This document shows, piece by piece, positions 50,000 through 60,780 of a stretch of 64,000 bases of DNA (position 1 is the first letter of the stretch; every line of letters begins with the position of its first letter). The stretch comes from Gemmatales bacterium (lineage in GTDB: Bacteria > Planctomycetota > Planctomycetia > Gemmatales > HRBIN36), in the NCBI GenBank assembly GCA_041640595.1, contig JBEPZY010000002.1, forward strand, positions 436,651 to 500,650, in the 5' to 3' direction. A program made the position numbers and the translations under genes. The notes under the pieces were generated by a model. It saw only the letters and a program-made list of their open reading frames with translations, did no database searches and was not told where the DNA came from.

Positions 50000-51101
50000 T
50001 CGGGGCCGGCCAGGTCGCTTGCTCATAACCTGTCTGGCGTGGTCTGTCTTTGGTTGCCAGCAAATGTCCTCCTTTTCGTGGTCCGACTGGAAAAAGCCAC
50101 GGGTCGAGTTGCCGCCACCGCCACCGGAAAAAGTATTTCGGGCCGGTCACTGGGAGGAAGAACCGCCTCCGCCACCTGGAACCCTGGCGGGTGATTTAGC
50201 TTCTGCGCGAGTGCTTTTCCAGCGCGGCCAGTACGAGGATGCGGAAAAGGTTTTCGCCTGGTTGGCCGACCGTGCTGAGCGTGAAAAAGACCCTAACCTT
50301 TATGAAGAGGCCCTCTATTGGCTCGGAGAATCCCAGTTCGCACAACGCAATTATCCGGCAGCAGCCGCTACCTATAAGCGTCTGCTTGATAAGTTTCCCA
50401 ACTCCCGATTCCGTGCTGAGGTCATCCGCCGCGAAGTTGAGATTGCCGAAAACTGGCTGGAAGTCACCCGTGAAGAAATGCTTAGTCGAAACCAAGGTCG
50501 GTGGTATTGGCCACGCCTGTTTAATTTCGAGAAGGAGAAACCCCTGGTCGGCGTCGAGTCGCAGGCACTCGGTATCTTGCAGGCTGCTTATTTGCAAGAC
50601 CCGACCGGCCCTCTGGCGCCCCATTGCTTAGACCGCATCGCAGCCGTCAACTATTTCCGCCAGGAATGGGAAGAGGCGGACCGATACTACAGTTTACTTA
50701 CCGAAAGTCATCCGCATTCCCCACTGGCTGTCTCTGCCTTACGGCGAGCTATCGAGGCTAAGATTAACTCCGTGCCAGGCCCGGAATATGATGACACTAA
50801 ATTAGCCGAAGCGCGTCATCTCGTGGACGTGGCATTACGCAAATATCCGGAATTGCGCGACCCTCAATCGCAAGCTTATCTTGAAACCACGGTGGCGGCT
50901 ATTCATGATCGCCAGGCTCAGAAGGATTTCAACATTGCCGAATTTTATCGCCGCACCGGTCTGCCGGGTTCCGCATATTTTTATTACGAACTGGTCCGGC
51001 GACGCTATAGCGGTACTCGATGGGCACAATTAGCTGAGCAGCGCATCCAAGAACTTCGTGCACAGGTTGAAAAAGACCACCCTCGTAACGAGAATCCATG
51101 A
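49977..51101 (+). CDS. bamD: Outer-membrane assembly lipoprotein BamD-like (TPR)
   Basis: Lipobox 'VFGC'; TPR helices 'EEALYWLGESQF..NYPAA..YKRLLDKFPNSRF'; 'IAEFYRRTG..SAYFYYELV'. Usual recO-bamD-lptE order. Confidence 0.8.
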   Translation: MGITRLANRGRPGRLLITCLAWSVFGCQQMSSFSWSDWKKPRVELPPPPPEKVFRAGHWEEEPPPPPGTLAGDLASARVLFQRGQYEDAEKVFAWLADRAEREKDPNLYEEALYWLGESQFAQRNYPAAAATYKRLLDKFPNSRFRAEVIRREVEIAENWLEVTREEMLSRNQGRWYWPRLFNFEKEKPLVGVESQALGILQAAYLQDPTGPLAPHCLDRIAAVNYFRQEWEEADRYYSLLTESHPHSPLAVSALRRAIEAKINSVPGPEYDDTKLAEARHLVDVALRKYPELRDPQSQAYLETTVAAIHDRQAQKDFNIAEFYRRTGLPGSAYFYYELVRRRYSGTRWAQLAEQRIQELRAQVEKDHPRNENP

Positions 51102-51700
51102 ACCGCTTACTTTCGGCTCGAAAAATCTATAGTGTACTTGCATACACTATACCACTCCTAGCGTCTGCCTGCACCAGTACAGGGGGCGTTAGCATCCTCG
51201 GTTACAGCTCCGACTCGAATTACGACACCAGCATTCACACCGTTCGCGTGCCCGTTTTCAGGAACCTGACTTTTTACCGAGGCATTGAATTTCAACTGAC
51301 CCAGGCGGTGATCCAGAAGATCGAAGCACGCACGCCGTGGAAGGTGGTCCAGCAAGGATATGCCGATGCCGAGTTGTTAGGTACTATCACTCAACTGCAA
51401 AAGCGTATTCCGCTGGTGAACCCGCTTAACGAGGTTCGTGAGGGTGAATATACCATGACGGTTGAAGTTAGTTTCCGCGACTTGCGAATCGGAACCGGCA
51501 TACCCGAGCCTCTCAGCCCTTCGGAGCCCACACCTTCGGAGGCCAACAGCGCTTCTTCCGGTAAGCCGCCGCCCAAAACGCTTCTTATTCGCAGCCGGCC
51601 ATTTGTCCCGGAATTAGGTCAGTCCACAGCTACAGCCCGCCAGCAACTGGTCGAAGATATCGCCGAACAGATCGTCAACATGCTCGAATCGCCCTGGTAA
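51098..51700 (+). CDS. lptE: LptE-family lipoprotein
   Basis: Lipobox 'ASAC'; 'IHTVRVPVFRNLTFYRGIEFQLTQAV', 'ADAELLGTI', 'IAEQIVNMLESPW'. Confidence 0.78.
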   Translation: MNRLLSARKIYSVLAYTIPLLASACTSTGGVSILGYSSDSNYDTSIHTVRVPVFRNLTFYRGIEFQLTQAVIQKIEARTPWKVVQQGYADAELLGTITQLQKRIPLVNPLNEVREGEYTMTVEVSFRDLRIGTGIPEPLSPSEPTPSEANSASSGKPPPKTLLIRSRPFVPELGQSTATARQQLVEDIAEQIVNMLESPW

Positions 51701-51875
51701 ATATCCTTCTAGCATTTTATCGCTTTTCCATCTGGCACCACCATGCAGAGCATTATTTATCTACACAAATGGAAGCGGTTGCTAATGTTTCCAGCTGGCT
51801 TTGGAATGCCGTTGCATTGGAAGGGGTTTCTGGTTATATACTCTCCTCTCAGAACATAAGCGGAGGAAGTTGACC

Positions 51876-52895
51876 ATGTATATCACGGCACGAGGCACGA
51901 CCTTAAGTGCAATACTAAGTGCAGCCGCACTAACTTTAGTTACCGACCTGAAATATGCGCTGGCCCAAACGCCACCTGCAAATGCCAGCGCAGCACCCGG
52001 TGCTAGTGGCCTGGGTACAGAAGTAGTTGCTCTGGTCAATAATGTTCCAATTACCCGAGCCGAATTAGCGAACGAACTTATAGCCCGCAAGGGTCGGCAG
52101 TTTCTCGAACTGCTTATCAATCGCCGCATCATCGAACAGGCCGCCGCCAAGGCTGGAGTCACCGCCACCGACAAGGAAGTCGAGGAAGAATTAGCAGAGG
52201 TGATTCGTTCCCTCAAGCTCAAAAATGCCGCCGAATTTGAAAGAACCGTGCTCAAGGATCGCCAGACCACCCTTTACGAATATAAGGAGGACGTTCTCCG
52301 CCCGGCCATTCTTATGCGAAAACTGGCGGAAAAACGCGTGCAGGTAACTGAAGAGGATTTGCGCAAGGCTTTCGAGGCCAACTATGGCGAGAAAGTACAA
52401 TGCCGTATTATCTTGATCCCCAAGTCAGATGGCCTGGGCGTCGCACTCAAGGTATATGAAAAGGTTCGCGGTAAAGGGTTGGAGGAATTTATCCGGGAAG
52501 CAAGCCAACAGCCTTCCCACCTGGCTGCTACCGGCGGTAGGATACGCCCTATCAATCGTCATTCAGCAGTACCGGAGCTAGAGCGGGCTGCATTTAGTCT
52601 TCGGGATGGCGAGATCAGTGAGATCATCGAGGTTCAGGAAGGTTATGTGATTCTTTACCGCGAACGGCTCATTCCGGCCGACACCAGTATTCGCTTCGAA
52701 GATGTGCGTGAGCTACTCTATAAGGAAGTTTACAAACGCAAGATCGAAGCTGAGATTCCTTTGCTATTCAACGAATTACGGGCAAGCGCGGTCATTAAGG
52801 ATTTCCTTAACAACCGCTTCGATGTCCAGGACATTGCTTTGCCAATCCCAAATCAAAATAAGCCCGCCTCACCCAATCCTGCTGCCAATCGGTAA
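51876..52895 (+). CDS. SurA/PrsA-like parvulin peptidyl-prolyl isomerase
   Basis: GGAGG RBS; 'VALVNNVPITRAEL', 'VQCRIILI', 'ELERAAFSLRDGEISEII'. Confidence 0.85.
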   Translation: MYITARGTTLSAILSAAALTLVTDLKYALAQTPPANASAAPGASGLGTEVVALVNNVPITRAELANELIARKGRQFLELLINRRIIEQAAAKAGVTATDKEVEEELAEVIRSLKLKNAAEFERTVLKDRQTTLYEYKEDVLRPAILMRKLAEKRVQVTEEDLRKAFEANYGEKVQCRIILIPKSDGLGVALKVYEKVRGKGLEEFIREASQQPSHLAATGGRIRPINRHSAVPELERAAFSLRDGEISEIIEVQEGYVILYRERLIPADTSIRFEDVRELLYKEVYKRKIEAEIPLLFNELRASAVIKDFLNNRFDVQDIALPIPNQNKPASPNPAANR

Positions 52896-53130
52896 GAGCA
52901 CCCGCTAATAATAAGTCCTGTTCACTGGAATAACGAAGTAACGGATGCTCGGATCAACATCTATGTAATTATTGTTAGACAAGCCGAAACGAAAACAGCG
53001 TTGACTATGCTTAAGCATTCCCGGCAGAAATGCATTGCGGTGTGAGGAGCAGTGGGACCAGTCCTTTGTTTCGTTATGGCAAAAAGTTTCTCGTGTCGCC
53101 CGAACAAAGGTTCGACAGTTTGCGAATCAT

Positions 53131-53159
53131 TTGCCAAGTCGCCAAACATAGGCTAAGCT
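53131..53159 (+). promoter_or_regulatory. Putative sigma-70 promoter of the PilZ gene
   Basis: TTGCCA-N17-TAAGCT. Confidence 0.45.
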
Positions 53160-53211
53160 TAGGGTAGAAGTGACGTTGCTGATGAATTTGCCGCTTTGTC
53201 GAGTAACAGCC

Positions 53212-53850
53212 ATGCCCCATACTCGAAGCACGAAGAAGGCCGAATCAATTGCCCATCCAAGCAATGCCTGGGAACCGGTCAAGGAGGCCATCCTTCGGCG
53301 AGCCGAAACACGCGGATTTATCCTGCCGAGAGAAATACGTGAAGAGCTGCAACGGCTCGGCCTGGATGGGCAGCAATGGCGGGAGTTTGTTCGCCAAGCG
53401 GGAACCTTACTTACTTACCGTAACGGACGCTATTATTATGTCCCGGCCTGGAATGAAGCTCGCTTACGTGAAGAAGAGCGCCAGCTTCACGTGCGTGCTC
53501 TGCTACAGGCCTTGCTTGAACATCATAAGCGAACTCAGCATCGCCAGGAACGGCGAGGAGCTGAACGCATGGAGGTGATCTGGCCTATTACCTTAATTCT
53601 CGAAGATGGCACCTTGCACCGGGCGGTGACGCGTGATATTTCTGCTGCGGGAATACGCTTTCTGGGAACTAAGTCATTACTTGGTCAGCGAGTTATCGCC
53701 CGTCTAAGTTTAGGCTCGGAACAGGAGCATGTGTTCGCCGTGAGAATTTTGTGGACTTGCGAAGCCGGTGACCAGTTATATGAAAATGGGGGCACGGTTC
53801 TCGAAGTGCTCGCCCAAACTGAAACGCAAGCCCCTGCGCCTTCTGGTTGA
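53212..53850 (+). CDS. PilZ-domain (c-di-GMP receptor) protein with N-terminal helical domain
   Basis: 'ERRGAER' (RxxxR) and 'DISAAG' (DxSxxG) motifs. Confidence 0.82.
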   Translation: MPHTRSTKKAESIAHPSNAWEPVKEAILRRAETRGFILPREIREELQRLGLDGQQWREFVRQAGTLLTYRNGRYYYVPAWNEARLREEERQLHVRALLQALLEHHKRTQHRQERRGAERMEVIWPITLILEDGTLHRAVTRDISAAGIRFLGTKSLLGQRVIARLSLGSEQEHVFAVRILWTCEAGDQLYENGGTVLEVLAQTETQAPAPSG

Positions 53851-53892
53851 CAACTCCATAACCGTTAGCGACCGTGCGTCGCACTAGAGGTG

Positions 53893-54462
53893 TTACTTAG
53901 AAGCATTTTCTAGCTTCTGCAACACGGCCTGGACAGCTCCTAAAGGATCGGAAGCGGTCGCTGAGTACTCGCGAATATGCCCTGGCCTTTGTGGGTCGGG
54001 AACACTGCACTCGAAACGCCAGCTATTGCCCTGCATTTCCAGGCGTTGCCAGGTAATACCCTTTGCCCGCAACTGTCGGAAGGTTTCTTCCCAGGAAACC
54101 GAGCGCTGGGCAGGGTTAGACCATCCCGCAGGCTGGAAAGGTTCAGTGGTCTGTGCCGTCAACGAATGTTGGCCCTCTAAGCTTTTCGTTCCGGCCACTA
54201 AGCGCGCATTTTCCACTGGCAAAGTAGAAGGTGGCTGCATGGTCGCGCTGGCACCGTTCTCCGCATCGGTCGCTGGCATAGGTGTCGGTGGAATTCGACC
54301 TAAAGGACTTCCCAGGAACGGGTCGCCCGTCTTGTTTTTCCCGGACTTAGAGGGGACACGGTTTCCTTCCAACTGCTGACAACCTGCAATGGTCAAAATC
54401 AGCAGCGCCAGGACAGTAATCAGCCACTTTCCTTTAGTTGCCGAGGCTAGCGTGGACAGCAT
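53893..54462 (-). CDS. Hypothetical lipoprotein
   Basis: Lipobox 'IAGC', low-complexity linker, small C-terminal alpha/beta domain. Confidence 0.7.
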   Translation of the reverse strand: MLSTLASATKGKWLITVLALLILTIAGCQQLEGNRVPSKSGKNKTGDPFLGSPLGRIPPTPMPATDAENGASATMQPPSTLPVENARLVAGTKSLEGQHSLTAQTTEPFQPAGWSNPAQRSVSWEETFRQLRAKGITWQRLEMQGNSWRFECSVPDPQRPGHIREYSATASDPLGAVQAVLQKLENASK

Positions 54463-54573
54463 TTTATATTTGCACTATAAGTCGGCAGTCAGCAGGCGCG
54501 CGTTATGGCCGGCCAATACTGGCACCCCGTATAGATTTTCGGCACTGGAGCAGTTCAAGTTCAGCGAAAACAC

Positions 54574-55992
54574 CTAGAAATTCCCCACTACAACCGGCAA
54601 ACTGAATTTTTTCGCCAAATTCTGAACGGAAGTATTAGTTGCCGAGCCAAACCGAAAAATCTGGGGCGTGTCCTGGAATTCCTGTTGGCTGACAAGCTCG
54701 GCGTATCCCACCAGGCTTTTCCCCCAGATGGCGACAGCCCGTACTGGCAGGATTTGACCTAACCATTCGCTTTTTCCCGGAAAAATCACCCGAACTCCAC
54801 GGCAGGCAGTTCCGCTGAGATGGCCCGGTAAACCTTCTTCGGTTTTCTCCGCTAACACCTCTAATTTTCTCCCGATCAGAGACTCTAAATACCGTCGCCG
54901 CAGTGTGCGATCCAGGTTCGCCAATTGTTCCTTGCGCCGTTGCAGGAGATGAGAGGGCACTTGATTTGGCATCTGAGCCGCTGGTGTACCTGGGCGCGGG
55001 CTGAACGGAAAGATATGTATCCAGGCAAATCCAACTCGCTCGGCTACCTCGAGGGTAGAGGCAAAATCTTCCTCCGTTTCGCCGGGAAAACCGACAATAA
55101 TGTCCGTAGAAATGGCGGGATTATCGAAGGCCTGGCGTATCAACTCGCAGTTTCTAATAAAACTCTCCACACGATACCGTCTTCGCATCGCCTGCAGGAT
55201 TTTATTCGAGCCACTCTGCAAACACACATGAAAATGAGGACAAACACGCGGATGGCGTCGGCATGCTTCTAACAATTCCCCTCGAATTTCAGCCGCCTCT
55301 AAGCTACTAAGCCGGATGCGAAATTCTCCGGGTAGCTTGGCCAGGGCGTCTAATAAATGCCATAGCCGCGACCATTCCGATTTAGGCCGACCTCGACTCA
55401 GGTCAATTCCATAATGGCCGAGGTGAATACCAGTCAGGACAATTTCACGATAACCGTTCGCAACTAACTCCCGTACTTCCTCGACAATCGCCGGTATAGG
55501 TCGGCTAACAAATCGCGGTCGCACGTAAGGTATTATGCAAAACGTGCAGTTAAGCAGGCAGCCATCCTGTACTTTGACAAATGCCCTTCGATGACCGTGA
55601 AAATGCCGAATACCAGCTGGCCAGCTTACTAAGCCCCATTCAGTCAGCAATTCTGGCAGCCGGTCTTTATCGGTTACAACACGCACGCCAGGTCCCAGCT
55701 TACTAATAGATTGCGGATCACGGCTGGCGAAACAACCCATCACAAGCACACCAAAACGCGGGCGCTCGCTGAGTAATCGTCTGATCAACCGCCGAGCCTT
55801 TGCTTCAGCTTCCTGGGTCACAGCGCAGGTGTTCACCACATATAGATCAGCTTTTCCATCCTCCACTATTTGATAGCCATTCCATTGCAAAGCTTCTTGC
55901 AGGTATTGGGATTCGTATTGATTGACCTTGCAGCCGAATGTAAACAGGCGGCATGTCTTGCGGCTTTCGATGTTCTGTACTACCATGCTCAT
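54574..55992 (-). CDS. mtaB: tRNA t6A37 methylthiotransferase MtaB (radical SAM)
   Basis: 'FGCKVNQYES', 'VNTCAVTQEA', 'KVQDGCLLNCTFCIIP', 'DIIVGFPGETEEDF', 'FPFSPRPGTPAA'. Confidence 0.92.
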   Translation of the reverse strand: MSMVVQNIESRKTCRLFTFGCKVNQYESQYLQEALQWNGYQIVEDGKADLYVVNTCAVTQEAEAKARRLIRRLLSERPRFGVLVMGCFASRDPQSISKLGPGVRVVTDKDRLPELLTEWGLVSWPAGIRHFHGHRRAFVKVQDGCLLNCTFCIIPYVRPRFVSRPIPAIVEEVRELVANGYREIVLTGIHLGHYGIDLSRGRPKSEWSRLWHLLDALAKLPGEFRIRLSSLEAAEIRGELLEACRRHPRVCPHFHVCLQSGSNKILQAMRRRYRVESFIRNCELIRQAFDNPAISTDIIVGFPGETEEDFASTLEVAERVGFAWIHIFPFSPRPGTPAAQMPNQVPSHLLQRRKEQLANLDRTLRRRYLESLIGRKLEVLAEKTEEGLPGHLSGTACRGVRVIFPGKSEWLGQILPVRAVAIWGKSLVGYAELVSQQEFQDTPQIFRFGSATNTSVQNLAKKFSLPVVVGNF

Positions 55993-56024
55993 GGTCAGGT
56001 GCTCTTCTAATGAGCCGGCGGGTC

Positions 56025-59000
56025 TTATTGCTTGCTATCGGAAGCTTCGGCGGTCACGGCCATGATAATAGGGGCTGTGTTGTCAGGGCCCTTGACGAAT
56101 TCAATCCGTCGAATAACCACATCCGGCCGCTTAGGTCGGATGACGAGATAACGGATTTGCTGCTGACCCAGCGCAAACGCAAATTCCGAGCCGGGAACAT
56201 CAACGCGGCGAATATAGTCAGCAAAATGTTCCCCGTTTTTCAGTTCGTGATCCTCACTTCGGCCATCTTCGTAATGCAACCGCACGATTAGAGATACAGA
56301 GCCCTTTTCGCCGAGCGGGAATCCCCACCCACTTACACCACTAAGCATGTGGATTGCTGATGCAGCCACGTTGCAGGGCACCTCAACAGATTTCGGCATT
56401 TTCGGAGGGAAAGTTCCTTGCGGACTATATAGGAGAATGACATTGGCTTTGTGCCCATCTTGCGGATCCATGACATGGAATGGGACTCCGCGGAAAATTT
56501 TGGGTTCCCAGTCGGGGAATACTAAGCGTTCCTGTCTGGCCTCCGCTCGGTAGAACATGCCCCGTGCGCTGGACATAGTAGCAGCCCGCTCTAATGGCAA
56601 CGGTATATACTTGCCACGCTGCGTCAAAAATTCCAGTAAATCAGCTAACTCCTGGGGTTTGAGTTGTTGCTCAAAACCTTCGGGCATAAGCGACTTAGGC
56701 GACGCCTGAATTTGTTCGATTTCATCTCGTGGAAGCACATGTTTCTTACCTTCCGCATCTAACAATTCTATCGCCGTTTTACTCTCAGCAACTAATAACC
56801 CGGTCAGCACCTGTCCGGACTTCGTGGCAATGAGATACTGGCGGTAGTTTCCCTCGACGCTGCGGCTCGGATCGAGAATTTCTATCAGCAGGTGTTCTTT
56901 GCTGTGAACTGCCATACCGGTCAAATCGGGGCCTATCTTGTTCCCTGTTCCTTGATATGTATGACACTTAGCACAATGGTTCTGAAAGACAGTTTTGCCT
57001 GCTTCGGTATTCCCCTTTGTCTTGACCACATAAAGGAGCGAATCGATTACCTTTTGCCGATCGGGATTTGGCAGGCCACCGGTGGCTGTTAATGCTTTCC
57101 TCACCAGCGGGGCGAGACGCTTATCGGAAATGTGTAACAAGCTTTGCCGATCTTCTAAGGTAAGGTCGCGGCTCGAAATAATACCTTGATTTAATGCGTC
57201 AAGGAAAGCTGGCAGCCAATCCTGGCGGGTGAGAAAGACCTTTATCAGTGCCTTTCGGCCGGCCGGAGTGAGCTGAGGTAGAAGTTTCGTCAAACGCTTG
57301 GATAAGTCGCCACGGTTAGATTCTGCTAGAACATTAGCCAGGCCCTCAATCCATTCTGGTGGCGATTGGGGATTTATCAGAGACTCCAAAAACTTCAGGA
57401 TCTCATCATCGTCGCGGGCCAGGAAGAGCAGTAAGCGGGCTGATTCTAAACGCTTACTGGTGTCCAGGGCTTCGTCTGTGATTTCCCGCCTGAGGTCGCT
57501 AACAATCTCGGAAGTATGCTTGCGTGCTACCGGGCTATTCCATCGTGCGGCGAGGGTAAGTAACAGGCGACGAGTGGTTTTAGGTACCTTTTCAATCAAC
57601 TGTTCGAGTCGGCGCTGGTTTTCCTGGCTAAGCTCCAAAGGTTTTGTTGCTGACCTGATCCAGATAGACAGGATCGCTTCTTGAGTGCTGGTGGGCCATT
57701 TATCAAGATAAGTCAAGAGCGTCTCGACGTCTCGCTGGGCATGGCGACGCGCTGTATGGGTCATAACGCGTTCAAATACGGCATGCCAGGGTCCGTCCAG
57801 TTGTTGTATTTTTCGTTTGCTGAGAGCAGCAAACCAGTCGTTCGCGTGGGTAGCGGCAGCGATTGTATAGGCATCGAGAAGACCGCGATCCTCTGATATC
57901 GAATTATTGAGGAATTGTTCTGCCAGAAACGTGATCGCTAACGGATCGGACGGCATATCCGCCAACCGCAACCAGGCAACCTTGCGCACTAAGGAATCGC
58001 TATCCTTTAAGACGCCAGAGTTCACTAAGCATTCCCTGCCTTGAGAGGTCGCGGGCAGAACCTGAATAGCATTCTTTCGCACAGCGTAGGAGGGATGCTG
58101 CAAAGCACGACCAACAGCTGCCAGGACCTTAGCATCGCCGTCCGCACGGATTACTCCAAGGCCGTGGAGGGTCCAGAGGGCGTGAATTACAGTTGTATTC
58201 AGGCCGCAAGCGTCGAGCGAGCGATCATCGAGCATCTGGACTAAGTCGGTAACGACATCTAAGCATCGGTTTTCCACCAGCAGGCGTTGAGCATGCAGGC
58301 GCCAGAATAAGTTATCGTTACGGAGTTGTTTAGCCCATTCGGCAGAACCGGCAGCGGAAAGGTTAGGCGAACGATAAGGTGGGGCGCTTTTCTGTACCAG
58401 GCGATAGATGCGGCCGTGGGTATAATCCCGAAGAGGGGTCTCGTAGGCATTACCTCGACCGGTGCGGAAACCAGGGGGCGTGGGGTTGTGCTGCACAATA
58501 TAGCTATACCAGTCTATGACCCAGACATTTCCGTCGGGACCGACTGCCGCGGCAATAGGAGCGCACCACTCGTCGTCGCTGGCGATTAGGTTCCAGCCAT
58601 AACGCGAACGATAGCCGCTACCATGACGCTCTAAAAGCATAGTAGCCACTAAGTGGCCAGTAGGCTCGGCAACAAAAGCAGCGCGATTCCAGTAAGCCTG
58701 TGGATAACGGCGTGCTGTGTATAGCATGTGCCCTGATGCCGCGGTAAATCGCCCGTGAAAATCCACCTGACGAACCTTATCAGTGATCGGGTAGAAACGA
58801 GCACTCTCGGCAATCATGAGTAAAGGTCCGGCCGACCAGCCTTGCACTTTTTCGTAATAGCGGTTTGGAATATCCAGGTAAACACTTGGATTGCCATTGG
58901 CTGTCGAGGCGAAAATCTCGCCTTCTTCGGAGATTCCCAGTCCCCAGGTATTGTTTGTGGTGCTTCGCAGAAACTCAAACTGGCTGACGCGCGGCGGCGC

Positions 59001-59765
59001 TTTAGGATTGGTGGGATTCCTCTCTAAACGAAAACGATAAATTCCCTGGCCAAAACGGAAACTTTCGCCGGCAATAGTGCCTTGAAACCCAGCATATCCG
59101 ACCGTGCCATATATCCAGTTGTCGAGACCGTAGATCAAATTGCTAGGGCCGGCATGAGTGTCATAAGTGCCCCAGCCGGTGATGAGAGTATGCCATTCAT
59201 CGGCACGGTCATCTCCATCCAGGTCGCGCAGAAAAAATGTATGCGGCGGACAGTGTACTACTATGCCGCCATAGGCGAAAATAAAGGAAGTCGGGATGCT
59301 TAGCCGGTCGGCAAAAACCTTGATTTTGTCAATTCTGCCATCCCCATCTGTATCCTCGCAGATTAAAATGCGATCGTTGCCCTGGCCCTGTGGTTGAAGG
59401 TTGTTCGGATAATCTCGGGTGACCGCAACCCACAGGCGTCCTCGCTCATCCCAATTGAAAGCAATAGGCTTGCCACCTAAGTCGGGCTCTGAAATTACCA
59501 GTTGAACATCCAGGTGCTGCGGGTGGACAAAATGTTTACTGGATTCGGTCGGGTCGAGAGGTTTTTGCATTTGCCCGATAAGTTCCGTACCACCACCAGC
59601 TCGATAGATCGGCACTTTGGCCTCGACATATTCGAATGGGCGTACGTCGCGGCGTGGGGATGTCAAGGGTGGGGGTGTTCGGTCAATTGGCTCGCCGTTC
59701 ACCAGTGAGCCGAGTAGGGAAATTGCTATAACAGTGATCGCTAGGTAAGAGACTTTATCGCGCAT
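56025..59765 (-). CDS. PVC-type heme-binding CxxCH protein (sorbosone-dehydrogenase-like propeller, HEAT repeats, cytochrome c)
   Basis: 'FNWDERGRLWV', 'EDTDGDGRID', 'DTHAG', 'GPDGNVWVIDWY', 'CAKCH', 'IGPDLTG', 'SLMPEG'. Confidence 0.92.
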   Translation of the reverse strand: MRDKVSYLAITVIAISLLGSLVNGEPIDRTPPPLTSPRRDVRPFEYVEAKVPIYRAGGGTELIGQMQKPLDPTESSKHFVHPQHLDVQLVISEPDLGGKPIAFNWDERGRLWVAVTRDYPNNLQPQGQGNDRILICEDTDGDGRIDKIKVFADRLSIPTSFIFAYGGIVVHCPPHTFFLRDLDGDDRADEWHTLITGWGTYDTHAGPSNLIYGLDNWIYGTVGYAGFQGTIAGESFRFGQGIYRFRLERNPTNPKAPPRVSQFEFLRSTTNNTWGLGISEEGEIFASTANGNPSVYLDIPNRYYEKVQGWSAGPLLMIAESARFYPITDKVRQVDFHGRFTAASGHMLYTARRYPQAYWNRAAFVAEPTGHLVATMLLERHGSGYRSRYGWNLIASDDEWCAPIAAAVGPDGNVWVIDWYSYIVQHNPTPPGFRTGRGNAYETPLRDYTHGRIYRLVQKSAPPYRSPNLSAAGSAEWAKQLRNDNLFWRLHAQRLLVENRCLDVVTDLVQMLDDRSLDACGLNTTVIHALWTLHGLGVIRADGDAKVLAAVGRALQHPSYAVRKNAIQVLPATSQGRECLVNSGVLKDSDSLVRKVAWLRLADMPSDPLAITFLAEQFLNNSISEDRGLLDAYTIAAATHANDWFAALSKRKIQQLDGPWHAVFERVMTHTARRHAQRDVETLLTYLDKWPTSTQEAILSIWIRSATKPLELSQENQRRLEQLIEKVPKTTRRLLLTLAARWNSPVARKHTSEIVSDLRREITDEALDTSKRLESARLLLFLARDDDEILKFLESLINPQSPPEWIEGLANVLAESNRGDLSKRLTKLLPQLTPAGRKALIKVFLTRQDWLPAFLDALNQGIISSRDLTLEDRQSLLHISDKRLAPLVRKALTATGGLPNPDRQKVIDSLLYVVKTKGNTEAGKTVFQNHCAKCHTYQGTGNKIGPDLTGMAVHSKEHLLIEILDPSRSVEGNYRQYLIATKSGQVLTGLLVAESKTAIELLDAEGKKHVLPRDEIEQIQASPKSLMPEGFEQQLKPQELADLLEFLTQRGKYIPLPLERAATMSSARGMFYRAEARQERLVFPDWEPKIFRGVPFHVMDPQDGHKANVILLYSPQGTFPPKMPKSVEVPCNVAASAIHMLSGVSGWGFPLGEKGSVSLIVRLHYEDGRSEDHELKNGEHFADYIRRVDVPGSEFAFALGQQQIRYLVIRPKRPDVVIRRIEFVKGPDNTAPIIMAVTAEASDSKQ

Positions 59766-59767
59766 GG

Positions 59768-60004
59768 TCACTTGTCCTCCCGTTCACTGCGGGAATCTGG
59801 AGAGGGCGCAGAGGGCAGGTCTGAAGGAATATAGATACCTACCTTCGCCAGTCGGTCTGGCGGTTGGGCCAGGAGTCGTTGCAGAAGATAATCGCGTCCC
59901 CAATCTTCATTTTCCACCGCATCCAGGGGCGGTACTTCCTCGCCGAGTTGTTCGGCAAGCAAGTGCCAGACTTCTGACGTTGAAAGCTCGAAAATGCTGC
60001 GCAT
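59768..60004 (-). CDS. Small acidic hypothetical protein (78 aa), adjacent to the PVC heme gene
   Basis: ATG start, coding-like composition, stop codon abuts the next start. Confidence 0.6.
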   Translation of the reverse strand: MRSIFELSTSEVWHLLAEQLGEEVPPLDAVENEDWGRDYLLQRLLAQPPDRLAKVGIYIPSDLPSAPSPDSRSEREDK

Positions 60005-60094
60005 GGTTGCACCATGTGGTACGGGGAGCGGCCAATTTGCTCGGTCAGGACTATATTAAGCCGTGAAGCAGGATTCAGCAACGGGAGGCGAGTG

Positions 60095-60631
60095 ATGACC
60101 GCCAGGCCTGTGGAGCGGATACGAGTCGTCCGCGGGGATATCACGAAACTGTCGGTAGATGCGATTGTTAATGCCGCGAATGAGGCCCTGCGTCCCGGCG
60201 GTGGTGTGGACGGTGCGATTCGTCGTGCCGCTGGGCCGGAACTCAATGAGGCATGTCGAAAGCTTGGCGGCTGCCCCACGGGTGAGGCACGCATTACCCC
60301 TGGTTTTCGCTTGCCGGCGAAATATGTAATCCACACGGTCGGCCCTGTTTATCAAGGCGGTTCCCGGCACGAGGCAGAACTTCTGCGCTCGTGCTATTTA
60401 AACTCGCTAAGGTTGGCAGAGGAACATCAAGTGCGGAGCATCGCTTTTCCCTGTATTTCCACAGGGGTCTATGGTTATCCGAAACCGGAAGCATGTACCA
60501 TCGCAGTGGAGGCAACCCTCGATTGGCTCCGTAAACATGCCCTGCCGGAAGAGGTCATTTTTTGCTGCTTTGAGGAGGAAGATTATCGTTTATACGAGCA
60601 GGAAATCAATAAGCAACGGGGTTCCTGCTAA
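60095..60631 (+). CDS. ymdB: Macro-domain O-acetyl-ADP-ribose deacetylase (YmdB-like)
   Basis: 'GDIT', 'IVNAAN', 'GGGVDGAI', 'VIHTVGP', 'AFPCISTGVYGYP'; GGAGG RBS. Confidence 0.9.
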   Translation: MTARPVERIRVVRGDITKLSVDAIVNAANEALRPGGGVDGAIRRAAGPELNEACRKLGGCPTGEARITPGFRLPAKYVIHTVGPVYQGGSRHEAELLRSCYLNSLRLAEEHQVRSIAFPCISTGVYGYPKPEACTIAVEATLDWLRKHALPEEVIFCCFEEEDYRLYEQEINKQRGSC

Positions 60632-60780
60632 CTTTAGTCGCCTGAGTCGCCTGTGAATTAGGAGCCTTTCATGGCAATGCCTTCGGGCGAGAAGCGTTTT
60701 GGACAGCAAGCGAAAACCTGCGCTTTTCCGCGCAGGATTAGACACCTGTATCCTTGACAAACGCGAAGAAAGGAGAAACG

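Noticed and set aside
42728..60631. ADP-ribosylation system linking the ADP-ribosylglycohydrolase and macro-domain genes
   Set aside because: They are 16 kb apart among unrelated core genes, and no ADP-ribosyltransferase is seen.
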